Assembly: GCA_001938485.1 (NCBI GenBank)
Contig: MQRK01231093.1
Span: 4,722 to 54,347, forward strand
DNA length: 49,626 nucleotides
Reading direction: 5' to 3'
Origin: Girardia tigrina
Lineage: Eukaryota
Made by a program: the position numbers and the translations under genes. Below are positions 35,646 to 49,626 of the stretch, piece by piece (position 1 is the first letter of the stretch; each line of letters begins with the position of its first letter). Below the pieces are notes generated by a model that had not been told where the DNA came from, made no database searches, and saw nothing but the letters and a program-made list of their open reading frames with translations.

Positions 35646-38530
35646 CACTAGTACAGAAATGTGGGTCAATTTGACCCACTCCAAAAGAAAATTTGATTTT
35701 AAACCAATATCGGCACAGCTATACTAGCATTTTTTATGTATATTCTGTTGGGTATTTGAATTAAAACTCGGTTTTGTCCTTGTTTATATTAAATTTCTAA
35801 TCTGAATCCAAAACAACCACAAGGTTTCTTCCAACAATATGATATGAAGAATGAACACAAATCCTTTTATTATACTTTATTTGCAAATGACAACTTGAGC
35901 ACAAAATTAAATCGAAACTTTAACAATAAATCAATATTTTGAAGCACACTCAACCAGCACAAACCAATATCAATTTAGAATGAGCAATATCTGAAAGTTA
36001 TGATTAAATTTTTCTCTTTTACAGGATACTAAATTTGTTAAGTAAACCAAAATTAAATGAAGAAAGATTACCGTAAATAATAATAAAGTTTAAAGAGTTA
36101 ATAGGGTCAGCAAGTTTAATTATGTCCGTAATTTTGTTGTGAATATGACTGAAATAATTATTGTTTATATACTAGTTTTTAAATAACCTTGAAAATTAGT
36201 TTGCTAAAACAATTCTAAAAATATTTACGAATATTCTACAAATTTTATTAAAATAACTATTATGACAATCAAAAAATTATTAATTTTAACCATAGTATTA
36301 TTTTTTTATTTTTCTATTAGATTTTAAAATTTTAATTTATATTTTTCGGAACCCCAAAAATGCTAACTATATGATATTATATGAAACATTTTTATGACCT
36401 AATATGTACAATGTGGGTTAAATTGACCCACATATATGAAATTGCAGAATATTCACTGGTAGTTACTTTTTTCTTTCAATTTTTGTGGTATCTGAATTTA
36501 TAATTTATTATTAATCAAGTATATTTGTTTTGATTTGTACATTTAATTGTAAACTTTAAATAAACGTGGAATTATAATTTTTGAAATAAACTAATTACAT
36601 TTAGGATTAATTTCTTTTTTTACAAAAATGTTACTGTTTTATTGAAGGATGGATAACCAACAAGTACTAAACCCAATATTTGCATCACTCAATGATAACT
36701 CCGATAGTTCTGACGCTGTCGATGAATCATCAAGTGACACTGGAGACATTGGCAATTCTATATTTTATACTATAGTTTTTTGAATATTCTATGCTAATTC
36801 ATCTATTTGTCCAGAGCTGAGAATTCCATTGTTGAAAATGAAACATCAGCTAGTGAAAATTCCGATTCAAGTGATCCAAGGCAGGATATTGCCACAACTA
36901 AACGTTCAAAAGCAATGTCACTATCAAAAGATGGCCAAATAGAATACTACAAATTACCATCAGCTAAAACAAAGACACTGGCCTAAGATATTTTCACCTT
37001 TACACCTGGGATAACAAAAAATTCAAAAATAATTGTTGATGAACTCGATGCATTCTTACTTTTTACTTTTTATCAACAAAAGCATCATCGAGTTAGTTTT
37101 GAGATGTTCAAATGATTTTTCCGAAAAAAAACAAGCTCAATTCAAATTTGACAAAGACTGATCTGCTGAAATGGATTGGAATAAATCTTTATTTCAGGCT
37201 GACAAATCAAAAAAATATGAACCTTCAGGAACTATGGGGTAAGAAATTCAAATCTAAAAATATCAAATTTCCATGTCATATAAAAGATTTGGGACAATCA
37301 AAAAAATTTTGAGATTCGATATAAAATCCCGTAACAATGGATCAAACAAATCTGCTCGGTTTGAGGAAATTTTTGACATTTTTTCACGTAATTTGAGGCT
37401 TTCATACATTCCATCTGAGCAGATCACTGTCGACGAGCAGCTGGTCAAGTATATAGGCAAATCACGATGCAAAGTATAAATTCCATTAAAGCCAGGGACA
37501 TACGGCATCAAGGTATGGGCTGCCTGTGATGCCAAAAACGGATATGTTTGTAATGCACAGGTCTGGCAAATCTGGAGATGTACCTGAAAAAAATCAAGGA
37601 AAAAGAGTTGTCTGAGAAATGTGCAGACCACTCCTGTATCAGAGTCAAAAAATTACATGCGATAACTTCTTTACATCTTATGACCTGGTTACAACTCTTT
37701 TGGAAAAAAATACATGTATTGTTGGGACAGTCAAGAAATCAAAGAAATTTTTGCCTCAGGAGTTTCAAAAAAAATCTATACCAGTCTGTAAATGACTATC
37801 TTTTTTCAGGCCTAGTTAACCTCCTCAATTTTGACGATAAGAAGCAAAAATCAGTTGTGCTTTATCTATGCTTCACAAGAATATTTGCGATGAACAAGCC
37901 TAACTTGAAATAGTATGATACTACAATCAAGCAAAAGCTGGTGTCGATCTGGCTGACCAAGTCATGAGATTCTACAGTTGTAAAAGAGGCACAAGAAGGT
38001 GACGTTGTACCTCTTTTACAATTGCCTAGACATGGCAGTACTAAAGGCCTACATTGTGTATTGTAAACGATTTCCTGAATTCCTGTTTGATGAAAAAAAG
38101 CACGCAAGGCGAAACTTTCTCTACAATTTATCGAAATCCCTGATGAACAATGGCAGTGAAAAAACTGTTTATGTTGATTGCTTTGGTCAAGAGCGAAAAC
38201 GATGTACTGAATGTCCGAAAAAACCAGATATAAAAACAACTGTGCTGTAAAGTGTGTAAAAAGCCAGTTTGTAAAAACCATGCTGTTGTCATTTGCAAAA
38301 AATGTCAATAAATAGCTACGTATATTTATAAATATTGAATAAATTTGATTTATAAACACTTTTAATGTTACTTTATTTATTAAATTGGTCTAAAAATTGT
38401 ATTTAAAGTTGTCAGATGTGGTAAATTTAGCTTTCAAAAAACAACTGTTTCAATCCAGAACAGACAAATAAAAAACGTGTAGGTATTCATGTAAACCCGA
38501 GAACACTGGGTAATGTACGTCGCTAAGCCA
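35646..38530 (+). mobile_element. Decayed piggyBac transposon
   Basis: TTAA|CACTAG left end; subterminal palindrome gtgggtcaatttgacccac (35661-35679, again at 36413-36431); transposase ~36650-38310 with 'MSYKRF...LRFD', 'ITVDEQLV', 'KPGTYGIKVWAACDA', 'ITCDNFFTS', 'YNQAKAGVDLADQ' and a Cys-rich C-terminus; frameshifted. Right end degraded. Confidence 0.92.
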
Positions 38531-39149
38531 CTATAAATATAACAGCATAGTCAGCGATAATTCACACCAAATTCGGAACTAATTTTGAACTACTATTAAC
38601 GATATTTATCGCACAATATTTGCAGTATTTCATTTCGAACGGAACCGTTTCATTAATTAACAAGTACGGCCTGTTTTGGTTTTAATTTTAACTTTATTGA
38701 TTGTATTATATTTTCATTTTACTATTATGGCTGACGAGTATTTAAATTTATTCGTGTATATTTTATTATAATTACCTTCTTTTATTTAATTTTTATTTAG
38801 TTAGCAATTTAATTTAACAGATTTATTATAACTAGCCACTGTTATTTAGTCAGTTATTTAGAAATTTAAATTTGTGGAAGCCTATCGTTGATCCTTTTCT
38901 ATTACTCTAAGGGATAATAACGAGGAGGAGTTTAGTGATGAACAAGATTCTTGAGTTGAGTACTTACCGCGTAGAAGATGTAATGAAAAAGGATAGGGAT
39001 AAGACAGGCAAGAGTGGTATACTAGTTATGAGAAAGGCCACGGTATAAGTGATTAGATGTTGCGTGTTTATAATGTAATTTACACTTTAAATGTTATTCA
39101 ACTGATCGAATTCAGTAATAGAATGTGGCCGACAATAGCAGAGGTTATC

Positions 39150-39770
39150 AATTATAACTTATCATCTTTATCATCAACTATCAAATGTACCTCAACAACC
39201 ATCAAAATTACCATATATCAACCTTCAAATATACCTGAACAACCATACAATCAATCATCAAAAATACCTTAAAAACCTTCAAAAATTACAATATCAACTA
39301 TCAAATATACCTTATCAATCATATCAACCATCAAAACACTTAACAACCATACTATCAACCATCACATCCGTTTCGAAAAGATTTCAACTATCAAATATAC
39401 TTTAACAAGTATACTATCAACCATCACATCTACTTCAACAATCATCAAAATTACAATATCAACCTTCAAATTACCTTATAAACCTTTAAATAACCTTATC
39501 AACCATATTATCAGCCACCAAATTTACCTCAACAACCATCAAAATACCTTAATAACCTTCAATATCACTCAATCAACCTGCAAAACTCAATATAAAACAT
39601 CAAAATCTGCTCATCAACCTTATTTTTTATTTAAAAAGCTTATATTTCTATATTAAAGCCTTCTAAAAACCTTCAAATATACCTTATCGACCTTAACAAT
39701 TACCTTAACAACTTTCGAAAATCACATTATCGACTTTCAAAGTAACCATTACTTCATCAACCATTCAAAA
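39150..39770. repeat. Degenerate low-complexity tandem array (atcaacc / accttcaaa units)
   Basis: Dozens of interleaved atcaacc, atcaaa and acctt motifs; G almost absent on the plus strand. Confidence 0.75.
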
Positions 39771-39988
39771 AGTGGAAATTTTATATCATATACATATTAT
39801 TAATAATTAAGATTGATATTTTATAATATATATAATAAAAATTATTATATATATACATAGATTACACATCATGTATACATGTATGTTATATTATTGTTAT
39901 ATATTATATACAAGCACTATATGATCACAATACATTCAACACAGTTCAACTGTTTCTATGGTGTTTTACACGTTGTGTATTATCTATA

Positions 39989-40784
39989 TGTATTATTATA
40001 TTATAGTTATATATCACAGCATTAACTTGACTCATCATATTAAATGCAATCTATGTGGTACATGTATACACTAAGCATAGACAGGCTGTAATCTATATGT
40101 AGTATGTAAACTATTTAGAATTGCTGATTCTCTAAATAAACTCCTTTTTGGTACAAAACCATGTCAATAAGTTCTACACTTTCAAGGCTAGTTCAGAGTA
40201 ATCCTCAATGGAAAATGTTGAATAACGTGCTGTTGGGAGCCTAGGCTAGCCTTTTGATCCATCCAGTTTACCCACAATATCACCAATATTAGTATTCAAT
40301 GTAATAAAGTCATATATGATTATGATCAACTTATTAATACTATGGATATATGAATATAAACCATAAATAGTCTGTTACGCAATAGAAAGTTGAACAATGG
40401 CGTAATCATCCAACCTTTTACATAAATGTCATGTTTTCTGTTATCTTGACTATTATATGTTATGTATTATGATTATACATAACTATATTCTTATCAAGTA
40501 TATAAGTATATGACTAGAGATAATTATACTATAATATATGTATTACATGTATCTTCTTCATTGAAAAATACATATATTACATGAAAATCATGTATATGTC
40601 TATGTTTTTTAGTATTTTATGTTAATTTTTATATACACATTCATATAAAACTTATAAATAGTTCACATACTACATATAGATTACAGCATGTATATGCTTA
40701 GTGTATACATGTAACACATAAATTGCATTTACTATGATGAGTCAAGTTAATTCTGTGATTATATAACTATAATATAATAATACA
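39989..40784. mobile_element. Fold-back/MITE-like element with ~130-bp inverted arms
   Basis: 39989-40117 and 40655-40784 are reverse complements with scattered mismatches; ~540-bp spacer. Confidence 0.75.
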
Positions 40785-41013
40785 TACATACAAAAAAAAA
40801 TTTTTTTTAATCCACAAAATGAATCCCTTTTTATAACAAAATTCTGAGTTTCAAAATTTGACCTTTATTGCGCAAAAAGGTCAAGTTCTGGAATTTTTAC
40901 ACCTCACATGTTATATATCAAAATACTCGTCTTGACGAGTAGATTTNNNNNNNNNNNNNNNNNNNNNNNNNNNNNNNNNNNNNNNNNNNNNNNNNNNNNN
41001 NNNNNNNNNNNNN

Positions 41014-41062
<49 letters not shown>

Positions 41063-44000
41063 ACATATAAATGATTATTCTAATGACAAATGTTTTTTTA
41101 GCATGAAATATTTGAAGGAAGCGTTTTTTATCTTTTACTTTTTTATCAATTCTCATCAAAACAGGTGGTATTACTTTTTTACAACTCAATTTTTAGTGGA
41201 ATCTATCCGTGTTTTGATTTTCGAGGGAGAACCAACTAAGTCAATCAAACCGATCGAGTTTACTCAATCAACCAAACCAATCAAGTAAACCCAACTGACC
41301 AGACCGACCGAGAACACTACATCTGTATTTACCAGAGTTTTTACTGTTTCCAGGAAGACAAAAACAATTTATTTTATTACTTATATAAATTTTGCATAGT
41401 TGTTCTTTTTCCGGTACTTAGAATTGAATACAAGCTTCTTCTTTGGAAATATCAAAATAGTTTAAAATTAAATACAAGCACTTTTTACTTCTCACAAATC
41501 TGGTGGAGCACTTATATTATTGAAAAATAATTATTTTATTTGTGATTTTTTAAGTTTTAAATATAAAATAATTTTGTACACTCAAGAAAATAATATTTCA
41601 GTTTCTGCAAAAAAAGAAAAAAATATATAAAGTTTCTTTAATTCTTAATTATTTTATACTTCAAAAATTGATTTTTTTTCATATAAAATTATTTATTTTA
41701 ATCGCAATTGACTTCATGCACTTTCAATTAGACACAATTACCTACGAAGGAACCCATTTTAAAACAAAAGTTAAGTTTTGTTCTTTTTTACAAGAAGACA
41801 TTGGTGTTAACTTTAGATTTTTTGATTTTTGAAATATATATTTTGAAATTTATTTATATAATTTTTTGTAATATATAATTTTCAATATTTATTTTTAAAA
41901 TATTTTTAATGTTTTTATTATTTTTTCTTCCACTGATTTTCACTATACGAACCTCACTAACAACACTCTCGTAATGATGAAAAATGGTTCATTTCGTACC
42001 CGTTTGAGCACAATAACCTTGCCGATGAATAAAACCAGATACCTTTCGGGTTCTTCATGACAAACATCCTCTTATAAATTATGAAGGGATTAATCTAAAA
42101 TAGTATATACTTTCTGAGACTTTACTTTTCTTTCGATTTCATGATTATTCATATGTGGTGTTGTAAAAGATGTACTATAAATTTTTAATTTAGTTGAAAT
42201 TTTATTTAAACGTATTTATATTTTCAGATAGCCTGTTTCGTTTGATTAAATATCTTGATTCTATTTTATGTACAAAAAATAAAAAGTAAATTCGAAATAT
42301 ATTTACATGCTTTATTGATATATAAAGAAAATGAACCAGAAACACAGAAGACATCACCAAATTTACCCATCGTCATTTAGCACCTGGTCAAATAAACCAT
42401 CAAATTCTACGTTTTTTAAAGTAGTTAAAGGAACTTAAAGAAGCTGTTCTTGATTTTCTCTGCAAATTGTAAACCCATTTTCCAGATTTAATATTTTCTG
42501 CTACTGAATGTTTTTTATCCTTTTAATGAATGTTTTTCTATCCTTTCTACCGAAGTAGAAAGATGAAAAATTGCTTGATTACATTAATTTACCCCAGAAA
42601 GGTTGGAAAGAGTCAGCAGATTTCATATGATTCGGTACGGTCCTTTCGTTTTCGTTGCTCTCTACGTTTGAAACTCTACTGTTTGTGCAAAAGAAGAATA
42701 CATCATATCCTCTTTCTTTATTGATCTAAAAATTGTTGTGCACACACTTGTTAGTATTTTTTTATATTTCCCGCTGGGTTCACTTTAATTGTAGTAACTG
42801 CTTTGTTAAACTCTGAGGGGTTTATTAATAATTTTATCCTTAACCCACTTCGAGCTTAACAAGGAAGATGCATTTAAAAAATTAATTGGATCTTCTGATT
42901 TATATAATAGATCTATTTTACTTCGTTGATTTCCCTACTATCAGGAAAGCAACTTCAATTTAGCCCTTATATTATAAAAATTCAAATTTGTTGATATTAA
43001 CTATAAGTATTGAAATGACAACACGATTTTTTTCTTTATAAAATTTATTTAATATTCACAGTGCTTACAAGAATGTCGTTTTTTTACAAAATTATATAAA
43101 TATATCCTACGTGTGTTATGTAGTGATTTTACTAGTGGTCACAAGACTTCGTTTGCAGACCACTGCAGAAATGATTTTAGATGATAAATATAAATGGTTA
43201 TTTTATATGAATATATTTATGGATTATTGATTTTAATTATATAAATTTTAATAGTAATAATAATAATAAGTTGAATTTAAACTTGGCTCACCAGAGTAAA
43301 TGAAACGTCAAAAGAAAATGGATTCTGACTGCGGCACAACAAAATTTCTTATCAAATCTTTCTCAAAATCAATCAATTCTTCTCTTTGGATAATCAATTC
43401 CTTTCGTAAATTTCTCCTTATGTGAATAGCAAATCAATTTCCTTCACCAATAATAATAATCAATTAAATTCTTCTCGGACAATCAAATTCTTTTGTAAAT
43501 TCTTCTTCCTCGGATAACGAATCGGTCCACTTCACCAATGATAATCTAGAGACTTAATTAATTTTTCTCAAAAAAGTTTTATTTGTAACTCCTTTTATAC
43601 CAAACGCAAAAGTGCGTAGTTTGCGAAAAAGGAAGATGCGCTACGCGTTGTTCAATAATCTTACAATTGAACTTATAATAATAAAATATAATTTGAACTT
43701 AAAAAATAAAATATAGTTAAAACTTAAATTTATGATAAATATTTAATTTTTTACTTATAAATACTAGATATTAATGTTATTAATTTATAAATATGATACT
43801 AAATAATAACTTCGTATTATTCAAAGATATGTAAACACACACAAAATAAATATCATAAAAATAAAAATAAATCGTCTTTATTTACATTTGGTATGAAAAT
43901 AAAATAAATCAATAACATAAATAAAATAAAAAAAAACTAAATAAAATAAATAAAAACACATCAACAAGAGCTTTTATATTCAGTTTAAGTTACTCCAAAT

Positions 44001-45443
44001 TGATTTGTCCCACAAATATTTGTGAAAATTTTATGACATTGTGTTTGATACTAAGATCATTGTATTCTATTTGAAGGAATTTGTTTACCTTTTGGGAAAA
44101 GATATTCTTCTTAATTACCCGCCTTTGAACTTTTAATGGGACAGAATTTTGCTTATATTATTCACCTTTTGTTGCTATTTTGAATAACTTGGAATCTCGT
44201 CTGCCACATTTCCTGCTTAATTTCTGAACCTCTTGTAACTATTTGCAATTTTCACTTATTTGTTGTTAGTTTTAGTTTATCAGCCAAGCTTGTAATGCTA
44301 AAAGGTTGAATAATCTCGATGACTTATTTGTAAAAATTATATTAAAAACTAAAAAGACAACAATAAACGTAAAAACTTGAGTCTGAGGGAGGCTTGGAGG
44401 ATCTATTTCCCTCATTCTATCCTAACATGATGTTTATGAAGCGTTTCTTTCTCCTTAAAAGTTTGATTATCAAAATCTTTGACATGCATCTTTTAAATGT
44501 ATCGGTGATCGTCAATATTTTTAATTCTTTTTTTTCATTATTTCACAAGAAAAGAAACCAAAAAACTAGCCTAAGTTTGTAGATACTTCATACCTTTGAA
44601 AAAATACTTCATCAAGCGTCTAAAAGAAAACAAAAACAAACATGCTTTAAAAATATTTTTAATGTTACTTTCAATAAAAATGTTCTAATGTTATTTAAAA
44701 AACTTTAATATGGTTTGATAAATCACCTTACACGTTTAAACATCGTTTAAGATGCTTTATTAACAATGCTTCGGCAAAAGTCATATCATAATTTGTGTCA
44801 AAATTATTTTATTTATTATTACAATACCTTTAAAATAAATAAATATTTATTTAAATATAAATTTTTTTTTAAATAAACTTTTATTTAAATAAATACCTTT
44901 AAAATCTTTATCCTGTCCATAATGAATGTGATGACTTAGCTAAAATTTTCTAATAGCCAAATAATTTGCAAAAAGTTTCAAATTAAAATTTTAACAAAAA
45001 TTAAATGATTATTGAGGAATATTTTGAATATTAGATGTTTTGTGTTTGAATGGTGTATGTTGATTTGGAATTGTCTCTCCTACACAGATGGATGATTAAT
45101 ATGTAATTCTTATTACTTGAAAACATGTAATGTTTAATTTTGTTTCTGTAATAAACAGCTTGAGGCCAACAATTAACTACAACCCTCGATTTTTTTATGT
45201 GCAAAACGTTGAACTGGTTGATATTGTATGGTTGAATTTGTTTTGTGCTGTGTAATTAAAATTCTTTCTACCAAGTCTATCTGATTTGTTTTTAGCGAGA
45301 GTGAAAATAAAAGACAAAGAAAATTTATTTCAAAAGGAGAAAAGTAAAAAAAAGAAAACAAGAATAATAATTTACTATTTTTTTAGATCATAAATAACAT
45401 ATTTTTATTAAATTAAAATTTTAATTTTAAATGCATGGTAATT

Positions 45444-45489
<46 letters not shown>

Positions 45490-45539
45490 NNNNNNNNNNN
45501 NNNNNNNNNNNNNNNNNNNNNNNNNNNNNNNNNNNNNNN

Positions 45540-45610
<71 letters not shown>

Positions 45611-46699
45611 AAGTGAGCTAATAAAAAAGAATAGAATAAATGATTTTTTGACCTAATTTTCATCACACGTGAATACAAAATTTTAGCAAAATGTTTGAAC
45701 TCCAAATGTATACGGCTGCTCTTCAAGTCACAGATATTAGCTGCATATGTGCGTACTTGAATTTTATGAAACATTTGTCGTTCCTTAATCTCTAATCTAA
45801 ATCCTATTTTCTTTTTGAGATTATTTTAAAGAATATTTTAGCAATGCCTGTTACTGCGTACATTGTGGTATTCCATCTCAATTTAATTTTGGTTCTAACA
45901 CTTATCAACTTACACTATTCTAAACTAAAACGTATCTCTGGTAACTTGAACCTAAGCTAATATTGGTTCATTTTAGTTAATAATTATCATCAATTTTATG
46001 AATTTTGTGTAAGAAAAATGTATTTCTTCAAAAATAGAACTATAAATAAAAGATGCTCCACTAATAAACAAATATTTCTTTTTCCTTTTCTTTTATGTAA
46101 GTTGATTCACTTTTATTTATAAAATAATAAAATATATAAATATTATCCATATTTCTTTTACAATAATAATATTAAAATTAAATTAAACCAATGAAAAGCA
46201 CACAAAAAATAAAATAACGTTTATGTAATTATAATAAATGTAATAATAAATGTCAAAACACATAGATAAATGTGATGGTAAATTGAGTAATTTTTTCGAT
46301 GGATCGAAGGTGTTGAGACGGGAACAATGATGAATAATTTTCCACAGATTGTATTGCGATTCTTCGAATGACGGCAGATCGAAAACGTTCTATAGACGTA
46401 TTTGAAGATCATAAGATCAGTTTAGATTTGGTAGCCAGTAGTTTTATCTCTTGAAATTCAAACTTTTAATTTTATATTCGTAATTATAATAGCTTAGCAA
46501 CTATTGATTGATAATAGTGCTGATATACGTGGTTTTTCTTTCCCATCAAATCTCATTGCGTTTCAAAGAAAAAGACTCTACCATTTTCAAAAGAAATTTA
46601 CATAAAGTATTACTCTGCCTTACTTTTATTACCTCCTTGTTTTAATAATAAAATTATTGTTTCCATGGCTACTAGAAAGTGTTTAAATTCTAATTAATT

Positions 46700-48180
46700 T
46701 TTTTATGTTTGTGGAAATTTTATTGATGTTGGCCACAAAAGGATGCTGACCCCACTTTTAAAAGAAGCTTATCAATTGTATTTTGATTCAAAAGTTGATG
46801 CAGAAAAACAATGAAAACCAAACATCATTTGTTTCATTTGAGCTGGTACTTTGATTGGTTAGGGAAGTCACCAAAACACAATTCAATGCCTTTCGGAGTT
46901 CCAGTCATATGCCAAGAACTCGCAAATCATGCTACCGATGGTGATAAAAGTTATAAAAGGGTATTTTATCCCAACATATAATCCGTATCCAAGCAATTCC
47001 TCACAATCCTGTAAAGTACCCAGTTCCAATATTTCCTGATTATTTCTCCATTCAGTTAGACGATTCTCCAGAGAGTGACAAGCAAGCAAATCCAGAAAGA
47101 ACCAATGACTCAGATAATGAATACATTCCTGAAAGTAATGTAACCCATTTAGTAAATGATGCTGAAATTTTGCACCTTATAAGTAATCTTACTTCGATAA
47201 AATGACAGTCAGAGCTTTAATCTTCACGATTAAAACAGTGGAATTTATTACCTCATGATACGAAAATATGAAACTTTCGTTTCCAACACAAGGAGCTCAT
47301 GCAGGAGCTTACATCTGATGATAACATGTACTACTGTAATGGTGTTAGAAATCTCATGACCCATATTGGTCATAAACACAGAGTCAAAAACTGGCGTCTC
47401 TTTATCATTGCGTCAAAACGAGTCTAAAATTTATGCTGCATAATGGAAAGGTACATGCCATCAAAACCAGTTGCCCACTCTGCACAGTTAAAAGAGATTT
47501 ATGACAACATCAATAATATTTTCATAAAAATAAAATACATTGATTAAAAAATGAGAGTGTGTGGAGACTTGAAAGTCATCATAATTCTCATGGGTGTACA
47601 ACTTGGTTACATTAAATCCAGCTGTTTCCTCTGCTAATTGAAAAGTCAAGACAGAAAAAACATACTCTCACGGAAACATTTATGAGCCACTGGTTTTCAA
47701 AAACGACATTGCCACCGTTACATATCAAGTTGGGTCTAATGAGGAATTTTGTGTAAGCGTTGGATAAAATGAATGATGCCTTTACATAACTATGTTCTAT
47801 GTTTCGGCTACTCGGTGATGCTAAAATAAAAGAAGGAATATTTGAGGGCTCAGATGCAAAAAGTAATATACTATGAGCATTTTAAAAACCTATTAAATGG
47901 AAAAGATCTTAAGTGTTAAAATCCTTTATTATCATTTTTTTGGGAAATAATAAATAGAGTAATTACAAAGAAGTTGTTGAACAGTGCATCGATGCCTTCC
48001 AGAATTTGGGATGTAACATTTCCCTTAATATTAATCTTCTTCATTTACATATAACCTTTTTCCCTGAATGTCTTCACGAAGTCAGTGATGAACATAAACA
48101 GCGTTTCCGTCAGTCAAGTCACGCTACCAAGGTCGACAGAGTCTTGCTATGCTTGCAGATTACTGGTGGTTGCTGCATCG
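46700..48180 (+). mobile_element. Decayed Chapaev3-type (CMC superfamily) transposase
   Basis: 'LKEAYQLYFDSKV...KPNIIC', 'MPFGVPVICQE', 'NWRLFIIASKR', 'VCGDLKVI..LMGVQLGYIKSSCFLC', 'LPPLHIKLGLMRNFV', 'AKIKEGIFEG', 'LGCNISL..LHLHITFFPECLHEVSDEHKQRF', 'MLADYWW'. Confidence 0.85.
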
Positions 48181-49099
48181 TGATGTTCCAGACGTTAAAC
48201 ATCAACGAAGTCTACTAGCAAGATATCCAAGACTCTTTCATAAATTTGATGTATAATTTGAATGAAACTGTTTTATTTTTCTTAGTTTCGTTTATGACAT
48301 TGTCGCTATTTGACATTTCAGAATTCATATTTACCACAAAATTTATTAACGAAAATAATACACATATTTTAACAAATTTCTCGTTAATTTAATCATTTCA
48401 CTAAAAACAATTGAAATTAGAATTGTAAAATCTATTTCTAAAATTCAAAATTATAACTGTAAAATTTATTTATAAAATTTTATTATAACATAAAATTTTA
48501 ATATACAATAAGCTTTTTATTTTCCTAATTATTCCATTAAAATATTATAAATTTTAACCCGTTTATTATTTATTTTAAAATTCTTATTGTAAACCTTTTA
48601 TTAATCATTTTCCTATTAAAATATATCGATTTTAATTAATGTAAACTGTTTATATACTTATTAATTTTTTTGTTGTTTTTTTTTCAAAAAATCATTTTAA
48701 AGTTTTATAAAATTTATGTATGTATTTAATATTTAAATTTTTTTATTTTTTGTTGGTTTTTTTTAAAAAATCATTTTTAACTTTTTTTAAGTTTAATTAA
48801 ATTAATGTATATATTTAATTTTTTAAATTTTAAATTAAACGAAGTCTTAAAAGTATTTGGAAAATTGAAAATTTTAACTAACTCTTCAAAAGTTTAATGA
48901 ACAATGACAAAATTTTTAATTAATAATTATTTGCAGATTATTTTCAATAAAATGACACTTTTTAGATTAATAAAAATCTTGATTGAGGTTACCTTTTATA
49001 TTTTAATGATTATGATTTGGAAACTGAAAGAAAAACAGTGGCGTTTGATAAACAGATCGACTCCCATCTTGCTCTAAGGCAATACAAAACCAAATACTG

Positions 49100-49626
49100 C
49101 ACTTTAGACAGTGATAAAACTTCTAGAACTTGAGTTGGAACTTCTGCATCACCCTTTATACTGAATAGATTTAGTTTTTGTTCTGCAAATACTCTTCTTA
49201 AACGCTCTAAATCCTTCAGTATATGGAATTTTAATGATTTGTTTGTATTCTTCAGTATTTTCTTCTTTTAATTGTTTTTTAACTCGTGCATCTGTACATA
49301 ATTTGTCTAATGTTACCCTAATGTTGTGTTCTATTTGCTTGTTTGTATACATATTGTCCCTCAAGCGCCTTCAAAGAATATTTAAACCCTGATTTGAAAT
49401 TTCAAAACTGGACGACAAATTCCAAACTCTGTGAACAAGCCCTTTGATCATACGCTCTCTGTATTTTTCCTCACAAAAACTCTGTGGTGTTGTGTAAAGC
49501 CTGTATTTGTTGCCTTTCTGAATAATTCAGTTTTATAGCCTCCATTCATCTTAGTGACAAGAATGTCCAGAAAGGGAAGTTTATTATCTACTTCCAATTC
49601 TGTGGTAAATTTAATATTCGGATGAA
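49100..49626 (-). mobile_element. Penelope-like RT C-terminal fragment (runs off the window end)
   Basis: '[23 protein letters not shown]', '[30 protein letters not shown]', 'IKIPYTEGF'. Confidence 0.88.

Noticed and set aside
42200-43000. Possible degraded transposase on the minus strand
   Set aside because: No family-diagnostic motif could be identified.
43272-43550. PBS-like tggtgagcc on the minus strand plus a ~90-bp degenerate duplication
   Set aside because: No adjacent ..CA LTR end and no gag downstream.
45085-45130. gatga...gtaat-tctt-attac..gaaaacatgta in a segment shared with the 29.8-kb Penelope tail
   Set aside because: It might be a very old hammerhead, but the core and spacing are too degraded to call.
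45427-45774. ORFs made of YI/RE/SL repeats and X runs (also at 16130, 31169 and 40908)
   Set aside because: Artefacts of (TA)n/(GA)n microsatellites and N gaps.

Overview
Very AT-rich eukaryotic (animal) genomic DNA with many (TA)n tracts and N gaps. The 43-45 nt mini-introns and the TE repertoire resemble a planarian or similar invertebrate (inference). One intact host gene can be assembled by hand: a multi-exon ACP5/TRAP-type purple acid phosphatase (+, about 5586-16085, about 331 aa, all five metal-binding motifs present). The rest is mostly decayed transposons: two Ty3/gypsy remnants, BEL/Pao, at least six Penelope-like fragments, an RLE-type non-LTR remnant, several Tc1/mariner remnants, piggyBac, Chapaev3, and hAT, pogo and fold-back MITEs. 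The best unannotated signal is a set of minimal type I hammerhead ribozymes in the Penelope pseudo-LTRs: two with intact cores (18977-19019 -, 20157-20199 +) in an inverted pLTR pair, plus two decayed relatives. Also notable: a 251-bp identical endonuclease block shared by otherwise diverged Penelope copies, an orphan intronless C3HC3D RING ORF, a duplicated tandem RFX X-box-like motif, and a probable GC-donor micro-exon at the ACP5 start. All calls come from manual reading; no searches were run.
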